A model generated the notes under the pieces. That model worked only from the letters and a program-made list of their open reading frames with translations, made no database searches and was not told where the DNA came from. From positions 124,806,001 through 124,870,000 of the forward strand of contig OZ024742.1 in NCBI GenBank assembly GCA_964016885.1: a DNA stretch of 64,000 nucleotides. The letters run 5' to 3'. Shown here piece after piece: positions 1 to 16,259 of the stretch; the first letter of the stretch is position 1, and each line of letters begins with the position of its first letter. The DNA comes from Eledone cirrhosa. Its lineage: Eukaryota. A program made the translations under genes and the position numbers.

Positions 1-248
1 CCTCATATCAAGAATTTGAAGACAATTCCTTTTCACCTGATGAGATCAGTGATAATCGATCATGGCTTCACATTCGATCTATCTCTAGCTGTTCCCTTGC
101 ATGGAATTGGAGTTATACAAAAGCGTGGAGAACTTAATATTGCTAACATAAATTTATTGGACTATTTTACACAACATAATGCACCTTACTATATAACAAC
201 GTATAGCTCCTATTTTTGTTGAGCACTTAATGCTGTTAAAAAAGGAAT

Positions 249-2950
249 ATGATGGAGAAATTCTTGGTGAACTCTTCACTTAAGGACATCTCTTTGCCCA
301 ACATAAAAGAATTCACAAGGTTGGCCATAGGTAAATCGGATTCCTTTGTCCGTAGAATGCGTTGGAACGCATTCCACTTCGAGGGAGGGAACGCGCGGCA
401 TCGAGCAAATATTCAAATCCAGAAGAAATCCACCACACAATAAGTACCTGGAACAATTCGAGACTGAAATGTCTAACATAGTGTCCAACCTTAAGTTTAG
501 GAAAAACCCACTCAGGAGAAAAAGCTACCTAAAACGACTGAATGGTTATCTAGTAAAATTAAATAAATCGACCGGCATTTTGGTGCACGCAGACAAGACT
601 AACAACCTGTACGATATGGATAGAGTAAATTATGACGATTTGATAACTAGAGAACTTAGGAAAAGCTACAGAAAAACTACACGGGCCAACGTGGATTTAA
701 TTAACACGGAGGCCAATAGCGTCATGACTAAACTGGGTATTGGGGATAAAACCGAACCCTTCCATACTATAACTCCGAGGATTTTGCTGAAAGACCACAA
801 ATTGGACTTTGAATCATCTAGACCTGTAAGCCTGATAGCCTCTTCGAAGTAGGACATAGGAATCGTAAGTAAAAACATCCTTGATAAAATAATCCCCACT
901 CTAGTTAGGAGATCGAAGCTCAAATTGTGGTCAGGAACTAGTGATGTAATTAACTGGTTTGAGAAATCGAAGAATAAGAATAGCACTAAGTTTATACAGT
1001 TCGATATCTCTAATTACTACTCTTCAATCTCTCCAACTCTTGTAGGTAGGGCTCTTAACTTTGCTAGCTTACACACCGACCTTACATCCGAAGAAATTAA
1101 CATTATTCTCCTAGCTAGGAAAACCCTAATTGAATTCAACGGTGACCTGTGGACCAGGAAGGATTGACCAGACAATTTCGACATTACCATGGGATCCACG
1201 GACTCGGCCCAGGTGACGGATCTGGTGGGCGTTTACCTCCTTGACTGTCTCGGAGTGGAAATACCTCACTTGGGAGGCGGCGCTTACCGTGACGACGTTT
1301 TGTTTACTGTGTCGTTCCATAATAATAGTATGGTAGAGAGGGTGAGGAAAAAACTGAGCAAATTCTTCAAGAACATAGACCTAAGTATAGTATTTGAAGA
1401 GAACTTAAAGATAGTTAATTTTCTAGATGTTACACTTAACCTCAATTCAGGACTCTTCCAACCCTACCACAAACCCAACGAGAACTTAACTATGTCAACG
1501 CAAAATCGAACCACCCTAGAATAGTCACTGACGTTATTACCAAAAGCGCCTCTAGTAGAATTTCAGGACTATCTTCCAATGAAGAAACCTTTAATAAGAT
1601 CTCGAATTACTATAATAGCGCCCTGGAACGCGCGGGGCGTAGCGATGGAATCTCATTCAAACATCCATTAAATAGTAGAAGCAACATTGCCTGAGATAGC
1701 TTAGGCCTAGATAGTGACACTCTAGTTAACAGCAGGCGTGATACGAGGGAGGATTTATATAGACTTCATGTTGTATTGCCGCCCAGTCCCAATGCTGTTG
1801 GTACAAATGGAAACAACAACCCAGGTACTAAAACGGGGTCTGAGCAAAACTATTATGGTAACCTTAATTGTAGAACCGATAAAACTACCGTTGAACGCAG
1901 TTTGGAACGAGGGTCGAGTAGGGGGAATAGGGACAGGTGTAGCAGACGCATAGTGGATATAACCCCGGCTATCGAGGGTATTCCCAATGGCCGCACGGGG
2001 GGTACACCGTCCTGGAGACTTGGGACGATTTTGAACACAATCGTAACACCCCAGGACACCATCGACCCACAGGCAATTTCCAGTTACAATAGACCAGTAA
2101 CTACTAGGGAGGCAGGTAACTATAATATAGTTAGTAAGAACAAGAGGCATCGGACCAGAAATGTCCAGTGGTATAATCCCCCTTACTCCACTGGCCTGAC
2201 TACTAGTATAGCTAAGCTCTTCTTTAGAGCCTTAGACAAATGCTTCCCTAGATTGCATAAATATTATAAAATATTCAATAGGAATACCATCAAGCTGTCC
2301 TACTCCACAACTAGTAACCTAGCTCAGAATATAGCTAAGATGAATTATAGTAGACTTAGGACAGCCCAAGAGGGAATTAGGCATGGCAGGAACAATGGCA
2401 GCTCTATGGAGGAACTGACTCATACACGTGAGGCGAGTCGGGTCTTCCCAACCCCATGACATTTACCCGTAGAGCAGACAGGAACTGAGACACGATACCT
2501 AAGGTACCGTGGTCCATCTGGACCTACCCAGGTCGATAGCAAAAAATGTAACTGCAGAAGCACCGCCACCTGCCCCATGGCTGGGAAATTCCTTACTAAA
2601 AACATAGTCTACGACTGTAAGGTCTCCACTCCTGATAGAACCTTTATGTGTGTTGGGGCAACTGCCACGGAATTTAAGGATATATGGTATAATCACCGCC
2701 ATACATTTAATAGATTAGATAAAATAAATAGCACGGCACTTTCTGAATTAGTCTAAAAGCCTAAACAAATATAGAGCACTCCTTATCCTGGTCCATAGTT
2801 TGCTCAGCCCAACCTTATAACGGTAGCACTAGCGTCTGCAATTTATGTATAGCTGAAGCCTTTAATATTATTAGAGGCGGCCCCCTATTAATTAATAGGA
2901 GAGCTGATTTTTTCAGCAACTGCCAACATAGAACCTCGATTTGAAATTAT
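249..2950 (+). mobile_element. Penelope-like retroelement (RT + C-terminal GIY-YIG), near full-length ORF disrupted by stops/frameshifts; probably Hydra-type lineage
   Basis: Collinear fragments: ADKTNNLY, IQFDISNYYSSI (RT motif A), FDITMGSTDSAQVTDLVG (B'), GGAYRDD (C), VNFLDVTLNL (E), WYNPPY, CNCRSTATCPMAG, NIVYDC...MCVGATATEFK..WYNH (GIY-YIG-like), CNLC, CQHR. Clade assignment is from recall of motifs, not a tree. Confidence 0.9.
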
Positions 2951-2951
2951 T

Positions 2952-3416
2952 AGAAATGTTAGCTATCGCCGTATTATGACTAAAGAAATTAAAGAAATTA
3001 TTTAGCTTTATAGTGGGGTTAAGAACCCTCGGAGAAATGGAAAAAGATGATTATTGACGTACATGGTAGTCGAACCCACATCTTTGGTTATCCGGACCAC
3101 TGTGTAACCATTTACAACAACACATCACCCGTCTCGTTCCATTCTTATAATTTCAAACCCACTCGCTGTTTCGAAAATATTCTTACTTGACATTACAGTC
3201 GCTAAGTTTATAGCTTCTAATTTGAATGGAAAGAGACGGGTGATGTGTTGGTGTAAATGGTAGCACAGTGGTCCGGATAACCAAAGATGTGGATTTGACT
3301 CCTATGTACGTCAATACTCATCTTTTACCATTTGTCCGAGGGTTCTTAACCCCACTATAAAGCTAAATAATTTCTTTAATTTCTTTAGTCATAATACGGC
3401 GATAGCTTACATTTCT
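2952..3416. repeat. Fold-back (193-bp inverted arms 2952-3144 / 3224-3416) of a tRNA-derived element
   Basis: Arms are reverse complements with scattered mismatches and a 79-bp spacer; right end abuts (TA)n(TG)n. Confidence 0.9.
3242..3313 (+). pseudogene. tRNA-like cloverleaf (SINE head or tRNA pseudogene); inverted copy at 3055-3126
   Basis: Acceptor GATGTGT/GTACGTC-A, D arm GTGT-AAATGGTA-GCAC, anticodon arm TGGT-CCGGATA-ACCA, T arm with GGTTCGACT B-box intact in the minus copy. Confidence 0.7.
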
Positions 3417-3417
3417 C

Positions 3418-3422
3418 ATAAT

Positions 3423-3502
<80 letters not shown>

Positions 3503-3508
3503 GTGTAT

Positions 3509-3562
<54 letters not shown>
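3418..3562. repeat. Compound (TA)n(TG)n microsatellite, representative of dozens of TA/CA tracts across 3-48 kb
   Basis: Direct inspection; similar long tracts at 7240-7510, 8695-8814, 11183-11607, 13368-13452, 18174-18287, 21481-21580, 25680-26002, 29558-29732, 32148-32368, 46652-46826. Confidence 0.98.
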
Positions 3563-3569
<7 letters not shown>

Positions 3570-3971
3570 TGTACGTGTGCATACTTACATATATATAAAT
3601 ACATATGTATACAATTAAATACAGATATGTGTATTAAATGTATACATATATGTGTGTGTGGCAGAAATAAGTTTCTTAATTGATAGAAACAACAAATTCT
3701 TTTATTTTACCTTTTTAAAGTGTAGTAAGCGGAAAAAATTGTTAAGCACTCTTGATTTAGATCACTTCACAATAAGTTTGCCCCTCGAGGTGAGACGTTT
3801 ACGAGGTTTCTTTATTTTGATTTATTTTACTCTGATCTACCCTTTGGTCAATGCTGAGGTTTATTTGAGATACATATTTGTATATATAAGCTTTTCGGAA
3901 TTATAATCGAAGCGATATTATTCGTTAAGATATATTGTATATTATTCACTAATTATAAACATGCATTATAT

Positions 3972-4037
<66 letters not shown>

Positions 4038-4174
4038 ACACAGACAGACACACAGACACACAGACACACAGACACACGGAGGCACATAAACACACACACA
4101 TATATATATACTTCTTATAAATCGGTTACACCATAAAGGGCTCCACATGTCGAAGATAAATCCTTACGGTAATT

Positions 4175-4450
4175 ATTGATGCAACCCAAGTCAAGCACTC
4201 AACGTTCTTTTCCACATAGGAATGGCGGAGTACATTTAGAATAAGAAAATGCCAAGTTGTTTCAGATTTTAAAGTCCTTTATTAATCAGGCTGCGGAACA
4301 TATTTGAATGACGACAGTGGTCATGTGATTCCGCGTACCCAGTCCCATGCTCTCAACAAACAGCTTCTTGCATAATAAGGTTACATTATTGAGGTTATCC
4401 AAATTGAAACTACAAGAGAACAGACAAATATGATGCCCTTGAAGCCGTTG
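4175..4450 (+). repeat. Unclassified dispersed repeat, second copy at ~38691-38970
   Basis: ATTGATGCAA..CAAGCACTCAACGT..TTCCACATAGGA..GTTTCAGAT..CATAAGGTTA..TCCAAATTGAA collinear in both copies. Confidence 0.8.
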
Positions 4451-4600
4451 TATATATATATATATATACATATACAAAGAGGGAGAGAGAGAGGGGGAGA
4501 TAGAGAGAGCGAGAGAGAGAGAGAAAGAGAGATAGACATATATAGTCATATATATATATATATATGCGCGTGTGTGTATACATAAACACACACATATATA

Positions 4601-4635
<35 letters not shown>

Positions 4636-4867
4636 ATAATAATAAATTTGAAGACTAAAATCAAAAGAGGGCTCGATAAGGATAAATATATATCAAATAT
4701 ATAAGAACCGTATTGTTGTAATACTATTGCCAGAAATAATAACAGAACACACTCACTGTTTGGTTGGTTTTCTTTTTCGCTTCTGCATCTTTTATATCTC
4801 CCTAGTTAATTCATTTGGCCATCAATGTGTATCACTGACTGACCAACGGTCAAAAATACAGATATAA

Positions 4868-4943
<76 letters not shown>

Positions 4944-7031
4944 TTCATAAATTCACCATGGAATGACTAAATGAGGTTTGTTTGTCAACATTTTCCTTGG
5001 AAAAATGAATACAATTACTAGTAACATTTGAAATTAATGCATGCAACACGAACATCACTCCTTCAAAGTTAGCCTATGAATTTTACAACCTACCGTCATG
5101 TATATATATAAAGAAAAATCCTACATAGAAATTTCGTACCAAATACATAGAAATCATTTTTAAAAATGAATTTGAATACATGAAGCCAAATAAATTTGGA
5201 GGTATTTTATGGTGTGTAATAAGATAACAAATATACTTTTGGCAGTACTTAAGCTAACTTAGAATTACTGATAATGTTGCATCATTTTCGGAGCATTAAT
5301 CTGGTTGTTATTCATTTAATGAAATGTAAGTATGTAGAATGTCATTTTCCGATTCACTCTAACTGTGAATTGGAATATTACTATATCACATCAAAATAAT
5401 GAATAACATAAACATTATTGAATATGTTTCTCGGCAAATACCACGCATGACACTTAAATTCCAACATTAAATTTAGTCTTGTGTTTGTCCTTACTAAATA
5501 TAATATAACATGGTTTGCTCGCCTCTAATACTTAGCTGTTTAATAATTGGATGAATTCAAACGCCCTTGCATGTTTTCAATCAAAGATATATGCGTGTCT
5601 TAATATTATTATTGTACTACAAAATAACGGTTATTTAGATGTGTTATTTTATTTTACTAACCTTACATTTACGACACCAGTCATCCTAATTATGAGAAAA
5701 GCCTCAAAATATCACATTCTTGTTTCATTATACTCGTGCTCGTCGATATTTAAAAGCGAGTTTTAATGAATATTGTGAAGAGATATGAAAGTATACTGAA
5801 TGTATAGTAAATTGGGCGCTGGCATACTTGATAAAGTAATCCAAGAAATTTTAATTAATTAAAATAGCATTGTTTATAATGAGAATAATACATATATAAA
5901 ACGACAAAGATAATAACACATAAACGATAGTTAATGATGAAATAGAGAAGGAGTTTGATATTTTTTTAAAATGATAAGACGGCGATGTATATATTTGTGG
6001 CAAATAATGAAAGCTTAAAATATGAGCGAAGTGGAAATCGTAGACTCTTATCTAATCGACCCCGGGAAGACATATTGATGTCATACATATGTTGTTGATG
6101 TCGAAATTCACATTCTTTCCCTTTCCTCTACTAAACTTGCAAAGCATTTGTGTACTTGAAAAAAGCAATAAATATTGGTTTCTGACGTGCCTTATAAAGC
6201 CACAGTACAAAGAAAAGAAGAATATAGGTAATTGCTCTAATTTCAAAAGTGTGCTGATAACTAACATGCTGGAGTTTCTAAATTGGTGGAATAACTGACT
6301 ACATTTTCTGTTATTTCTTGACATACCTTCACTAGCTTAGTTGAAACGCCAGCGGAAAGGCTTTACTTTTCATGCACACACATACACACACACACACACA
6401 CACAAAAACACATACTTATATAAATATGGGTGTGTGTGTGTATGTATATATATAATTTAAATATATATATATATGCATATGTGTTTTGTATATCTAATGA
6501 TATAATCTATGAATACACGTTTGAAAACATTCAGCTATGAGTTTTGGAAGCTGATGGTATAACGCTATCAAACGAGATCAACAGAAGCAAGAGAGGGTAA
6601 CTGCTGACTATCCTTTCTGTCTGATGGTAGTTATCAAGGCAGTGCTCACCTTGCCCTGGTCTCTGTTTTAACCCTCACTTGATTCTGGTGAAATTCGCGT
6701 ACTTAAGAGGTTTACTGCTCGACTAGGTGATTTAGGATTCGATCAGTGCGTGACACATATATATGTGTCCTTCATCACGTTCACAAGCCTATTGATGCTT
6801 AGTGAGTGAAAGGTCGACGACTGGACACTGTCGCAGATACAATTCTGTGAAGGGCAGAACACATTTACTTGAGGTGGTGATCATTTCTGAAGATCTTCTG
6901 CTTGCACGTATGCAAACAAACAGGAAGAAAGAGACCCCCCCACACACACGCACACGTATATATATATATAAATCTATATGTATATATATATATACAAATA
7001 TATATATATGTATATATATACATATATATAC

Positions 7032-7066
<35 letters not shown>

Positions 7067-7236
7067 TATATATAGGGAAAGAGTCGGTACCCCGACAGCT
7101 AGATCCGTATGGATCTAGCTGTCGAAACGGCCAGATGTCAGCCGTCTGAGGACTCTGGTGCGTAACAGTCCACATATTCTCTTACCACACCCTCTTTGTT
7201 TATACACACACACACACAGACACACACACGCACACA

Positions 7237-7379
<143 letters not shown>

Positions 7380-7513
7380 TATATATACTTATATATACAC
7401 ATGTCTATATATATATATGTATAAATATGTATATATCTATACAAATATATACATATATATATATGTATATATATATTTATATGTATATATATATTTATGT
7501 ATATATATGCATG

Positions 7514-8495
7514 TAATAACTAGAAATTGATTAACATATATATAAACATGAATAATCACAGGAGATAATGTTTACAAGTGTGTAACCACACATAGATAGG
7601 TAGGTAACTAAATAAAGTTGACTAGAACTTCAAAAATAGATACCTTATAATATGATTAAGGTATCTATTTTTGAAGTTCTAGTCAACTTTATTTAGTTAC
7701 CTACCTAGCTATGTGTGGTTACACACTTGTAAAAATTATCTCCTGTGATTATTCATGTTTATATATATGTTAATCAATTTCTAGTTATTATAAAATGCTC
7801 GGACCTACTCGATAGAATCTTGGAGCTTATTTTCTGGGTGATATGGCGCATGCCTTTCTGGCATGACACCCATAATTTTGATTTAGATTAAATTCATTTA
7901 ATTTATCTTAATTTTGGATATAGATATATAAATACGGCTCCTTAATTGTAGAGCTAACTCTGTTGAAAGGAATCGACTACTGTTTCTAGTTGTCGATAAT
8001 CCTATTCACGCCACTGGGACGAAGCTTCTATGATGTGTGTAGTAAATACAACACGTGGTAATAGCCAGTTGCAGATTTGAACTTGTAGTGTAAACACGGA
8101 TTGCTGGAAATTTTCTTCCTTGTTGAAAATACAAAATCTCCACCTCCGTGGTTTACCATCTGATTAATTGGTGAAATATATTTCTTTAATGGAATATATA
8201 CAGGAAAGATTAATCATATTATAAGGTATCTATTTTTGAAGTTCTAGTCAACTTTATTTAGTTACCTACCTATCTATGTGTGGTTACACACTTGTAAAAA
8301 TTATCTCCTGTGATTATTCATGTTTATATATATGTTAGTCAATTTCTAGTTATTATAAAATGCTCGGACCTACTCGATAGAATCTTGGAGCTTATTTTCT
8401 GGGTGATATGGCGCATGGCTTTCTGGCATTACACCCATAATTTTGATTTAGATTAAATTCATTTAATTTATCTTAATTTTGGATATAGATATATA
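7514..8495. repeat. Non-coding element with inverted plus tandem partial duplication (PLE-style complex insertion)
   Basis: 7514-7647 is the reverse complement of 7657-7790; 7657-7930 is repeated directly at 8222-8495; flanked by TA-rich tracts. Confidence 0.9.
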
Positions 8496-8640
8496 TATAT
8501 AAGCATGTGTATATATATCTATATAAGTTTATCCCGGGTTCAATCGGGGGTAACCACAGTAAGTAAAGTACTCAATATATAGCAAACTATAAAAATATAA
8601 TATAGAAATGGCTTCTACAGAACAACATTTTTTCATTCCC

Positions 8641-8689
8641 GCTTCGTGATGATTTCTCCCGAATGAAACAGTTCTAGTCCTGTAGAAGC
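8641..8689 (+). ncRNA. Hammerhead ribozyme motif, first core C mutated to G, inside small fold-back 8606-8694
   Basis: gcttc-GTGATGA-tttc tccc gaat-GAAA-cag ttctagtc ctg-TA-gaagc: stem I gcttc/gaagc, stem III ACAG/CTGT. Confidence 0.55.
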
Positions 8690-8690
8690 C

Positions 8691-8817
<127 letters not shown>

Positions 8818-8853
8818 AGGCATGTTCTGGTGTAAATCCTTGAAAGGTTTATT

Positions 8854-8911
8854 TTACTATGATCATTTCAATGACCGGGTTCAGTATGAATCCGGTGACA
8901 TCATCAGGTAA
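8854..8911 (-). ncRNA. Minimal type-I hammerhead ribozyme
   Basis: Minus strand: ttac-CTGATGA-tgtcaccggattcatactgaacccggtcatt-GAAA-tgatca-TA-gtaa; palindromic stem III ATGATCAT; within inverted repeat 8815-8869/9014-9068. Confidence 0.75.
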
Positions 8912-9276
8912 TCAAACATATAACGAAGGAATATATCTGATAAAAATATTTTGTGTTTAAAGCAGAGACAAGAGGGCGGCCGGTATTTTAGCGACTTGTA
9001 CCTACGTTGACCGGAAGTGATCATAGTAAAATAAACCTTTCAAACATTTACACCAGGACATGCCTCCTGTTATTTTGTAACAATTAACTCCGTACTCGCA
9101 CCACAAACTACACAAACGAAGACGGATGGTTGCATTACGTTGAGTGATTTTGATAACATTACATTGAGGCTGACCACACAGAATGACCCGTTCTATCCAG
9201 TGGTGAACCAACAAACGCAAATAAATAAATATATATATAGATATATATGCATATATTATATATATATATACATACA

Positions 9277-9738
<462 letters not shown>

Positions 9739-10311
9739 ATAACATGTTATCCATGTGCAACCTGCAGTATTTTTCTCCCCATTTTTTCACATGTATTTAC
9801 CTAAACTGCGATTCTGTTTTTCTCTCTCTCTCTCTTACTGCTCCCTCGTTCTCTCTGTTTCTCTTTCTTTCGCCCCCTCTGTCATGTCAGTTAACACTTT
9901 CTCTCTACTGACCTCTTCCTCACACTTCCACTCACTCACTCACTCTTTCTCCCCTTCTCACTTCACCCCGTTCGCGACGAAAACAATTTCCTTCTTTCTT
10001 ACATTTGGATTCATCTCGAAAGGTGATTTTTTCTACGCGCTCATATATTCACCCAGCTTAAGCTGACAGAATAACTATGTAGCTTGTGCCCTACCTATCT
10101 ACGGTTAGCTTTCCTCTTTGTTGTTTACTTGTCTCATTCGCTTTACGCGTTTTAATTGTCCTAATAACTTAATTTAGTTATTATTGCACCAACGTGAGGT
10201 ATATGATTTTTAATGCAATGAAATATCTATGATCGTTGGAAAATCACTGATGAGGGACTCATTTTATAACATGTTATCTATGTGAAATCTGCAGTATTCT
10301 TCTCCCCATTT

Positions 10312-10354
<43 letters not shown>

Positions 10355-11179
10355 AGAGCGATCGCTATACTGTAGCCATCGCTTGAAATCTACATGTTCA
10401 TATTACAAACACTACCAAGATTGAACGCATGTCTCCATCTCCGTTTGATTGTCAAAATACATATTAAAATTCTCTATTAGTCTTAATTATATCAACTCTT
10501 GCATTTTTTACCATTTAATATAAACTACTATAGATAAAATGAGATTTCTTAATTCAATTCCCTAATGCATATACCAGCAGGCTACCAGCATTGTTGTTAT
10601 ACAGTAGCAGTGATAATCTCTCTCTTCCTTACTTGACATTTTATATAAGTATTAATACTACTACACCAAACGACCAGCCCTGTCCATTGTTCAATTGGTA
10701 AAATATAGATTAAAATAGGCACTCCCAAAAATTCTTATTTACATAAAATAAACCATATACTCAGTGTATTCTCATTAAAAACCTTCTATATACTTGTTTA
10801 TCAGCAAATTGAATTGCCATCTGTCATATACTATCCCTGCGCTTCTTCCTTTCTTACAACTAATATAAATAGTTCAATGTTTCTGATTTTTTCCAATTTA
10901 TCCAATATCTCTGAAGAAGTGACAGCTGATTATACATTTGCTATCAAATACTTGCTAACATTATATGATTACGCAAGCAGCGATACATAGGTATTCCGTC
11001 TGTTACTGAAACATATGTCAATACCTAATAAATTCCTTTATAAAAAAGTACTTTCATTTTATATTCATCTTTTCTACATTTTCTCCGGAATATAATTTAT
11101 ACTCGTTGAGTAAACCTACACGTACGCTGTTCATCTCTAACGTGACGATATATTATCACTACATTATTGATAACTTGAA

Positions 11180-11244
<65 letters not shown>

Positions 11245-11371
11245 ATATATATATATACATATACATATATATATATATATGTATATATATATATTTATGT
11301 ATATATATACATATACATATATATATATGTATATATATATGTATATATATATGTATATGTATATATATATG

Positions 11372-11420
<49 letters not shown>

Positions 11421-11542
11421 ACATCATATTATATATATATATAGAGAGATAAATATATATGTACGTATATATATATATATATATACATATATATTTATCT
11501 CTCTCTCTCTCTATATATATATATATAGATAGATATAGAATA

Positions 11543-11610
<68 letters not shown>

Positions 11611-11611
<1 letters not shown>

Positions 11612-11755
11612 ATATATTTACAAATGGAAACTATATTTATAAAACCATATTAGTTTCATTATACATATTTCAAGGGCTACCAGAACAATCTATGGTGCGC
11701 TTTCATTAGATAAAATATAATATAGGTTAGTTTTATAAATAAATATTGACATACC
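11611..11755 (-). repeat. Solo copy of the HHR mini-element family seen at 32961-33237; core mutated (CTAATGA)
   Basis: AAATGGAAACTATATTTATAAAAC..TTTCAAGGGC..GGTGCGCTTTCATTAGATAAAAT..AAATATTGACATA matches 32961-33090; HHR-like region 11653-11716. Confidence 0.75.
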
Positions 11756-11850
11756 CTTAAAAAATGCAACCATTCTGGTTGGAATCTCCTGGATAGTGGG
11801 GTTATTAGATTTATTCTTGGTTTATTATGCAAATTAGTGTTGGAAAGGTT

Positions 11851-12830
11851 TAAAACAGTATATTTATATTAAGCCGTTGGAATAGGGAAAAAAGAAAAGA
11901 AAGAGAAAAAACGAAGGAAAGAAAGAAAGAGAGAGAGACACCTGAGTATATTTTAGTGAGAGAGAATAGCGTAATTTTGAGAGAAGAAACGAAGAAAATA
12001 AATATAGAGTGGATGAATACCGTAAGATGGATAAATCAATAATTGTTTCTACTTTTGGCAAAAGGCCAGCAATTACCCAGTGCATTACTGGTACTTTATT
12101 TTATCGACCCCGTAAGGATGAAAGGCAAAGTTAACCTAGGCGGGATTTGAACTCAGAATGGCAAGGGCCGTAACTCTATGCATCAAAGCATGGCATCCAA
12201 CCCTCTACCGATACTGCCAATTCACCGCCCTGAATAAATCAATAATGGATAAATCAATAATAACAACTAATAACAGATACTAATAAAAAAATATATAATG
12301 TGGATGAATTCCAACTAATGACAGGTACTAATAAAAAGGTGGATAAAAACAATAATAAAGTTAAGTTGAAGAATTTAGCTAATGTTTAATTAATAATGTT
12401 TAAATGTGTATGTTATATTATATTATTATTAGAGAATATATATTATTAAAAATTATATTATTAAATAATATATATTATTAAAAACAGTATATTTAAATTA
12501 AGCCGTTGGAATAGGGAAAAAACGAAAGAAAGAAAGAGAGAAACCTGAGTATATTTTAATGAGAGAAAATAGCGTAATTTTGAGGTAAGATGCGAAGAAA
12601 ACATATAGCGTGGATGAATACTAATAAACCAATAACAGATATTAATAAAAATGGATAAAGCTAAGTTGAAGAATTTATATAATGTTTAATTAATAAATTT
12701 GATTAAATGTTTAATTAATAATTTATCAATTCAATCCGTAGTTTAAATGTTTAAATGTGTATGTTATATTATTAAAGTTGAGACCTATATATTATTATTA
12801 AAGAATATATATTATTAAAATATATGTTAT
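11851..12830 (+). repeat. Diverged tandem duplication; first unit interrupted by a SINE
   Basis: AAAACAGTATATTT..AAGCCGTTGGAATAGGGAAAA..GTGGATGAATAC at ~11852 and ~12481; AAGTTGAAGAATTTA..TAATGTTTAATTAATAA at ~12363 and ~12663. Confidence 0.8.
12044..12230 (-). mobile_element. tRNA-derived SINE (octopod-like family) with 13-bp target-site duplication
   Basis: Minus strand A-box TGGCAGTATCGG, B-box GAGTTCAAATCC, body GCCTTTCATCCTTACGGGGTCGATAAAATAAAGTACCAG; TSD ATAAATCAATAAT at 12031-12043 and 12234-12246. Confidence 0.85.
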
Positions 12831-13365
12831 TATTAAAAAAACAAATATAATTTCATTATTATTAATTAATTCATTCATTATTTTAAAAAATTTGTTATGT
12901 TTAAAATATTCGAATATTTCTAGGCTCATGGAATTTCTGAAAGTTTACCGAAGAATAATCACTTATATGTAATAGCAGTAGAGCGTAAAGGAAATTGCTA
13001 GCGATCCAATGATAATTATTAAGACAGCTCTAAGGATTAAATGTCATAAAGTTAAATGTTATAAAGTTAAGATTTAAAAAAATGTTAATTATCCATCTTA
13101 ATAGTGTAATTAGAGCATGAATTTTATGTTATTTTATATCCAAGTTATAAAATCATATCTCAACCTATCATACAGTTATGACTGTTAAAACCTAAATCTT
13201 TTCTATAACCAATTAACATTTAAAAAAATCAAGAAATTCATTCATTGAATATATCCAAAGCATAAACCATAAAAAAATCTTTCACAAGAGTACATCTGTA
13301 GAATACATTTAAAGTATAAATTTCATATATATATATAAACACCCTGATATATACATATACACACC

Positions 13366-13454
<89 letters not shown>

Positions 13455-13675
13455 CATCAAGCATTAGAAAGATATATAGCAATATATTCAATAAAAAATA
13501 TGAAATATTAATTATAATTTAAATTATGAATTATGAATTCCTTCATAGGAATTTTCAGAAATAACCTCTCTTTAAATTGTTCAGTGCATCCATCAAGAGA
13601 AGTTCTTCAAGAAAAAATCCCCTCAAGATAGTTACAAGCAATCATATGAATATATATATATATATATATATAATA

Positions 13676-13760
<85 letters not shown>

Positions 13761-14239
13761 TATATATACACATACATACATACTGTATACTAACAACAAT
13801 AATCTATCCTCGAAATCACTGCCTGAAGGAACTAGGAGTTTCATCATTCTGTATAGTTCATTCACACAACGAATGAATAAAAAATGAATACTGATACAAA
13901 ACGTTACTCAGAATATCAGATAGAGTCAAGAGAATGTTTAAATAATGTACATCTGATGGGCAAGAATTACCTCTTGAATATAGAAAAGAAAATATGTAGT
14001 AAAGACGATAGTCGGAAATTAAATGACACAGTAGGAAATAAGATTGTTAATGGGAAAATATTTCAGCTGATGTCTCTATCAAACTATTGATTTATTGTTG
14101 TTGTACACAGCTTACTATTATGGTCGGGGACGTCAAGATTATTGAACGGACTCTATTCCTCCAGACTATGTCTGGTACTGATTTTATAGTCCCTTGAGTT
14201 GTGATACATATATTCATAATTCTCACTCTTTCCCATTCA

Positions 14240-16238
<1,999 letters not shown>

Positions 16239-16259
16239 ATATATATATATATATTGTTA

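Noticed and set aside
30-140. CTGATGA upstream of the first PLE as a 5' pLTR hammerhead
   Set aside because: No correctly placed GAAA/UH or stem I partner found.
1165-1167. In-frame TGA in PLE RT as possible selenocysteine (as in some Naiad PLEs)
   Set aside because: Homologous copies have Thr or Arg here, not Cys; it fits CGA>TGA decay, and the copy also has a TAG and frameshifts.
6880-6935. CTGAAGA with stem II and GAAA
   Set aside because: Runs into a C/CA tract without stem III or a cleavage triplet.
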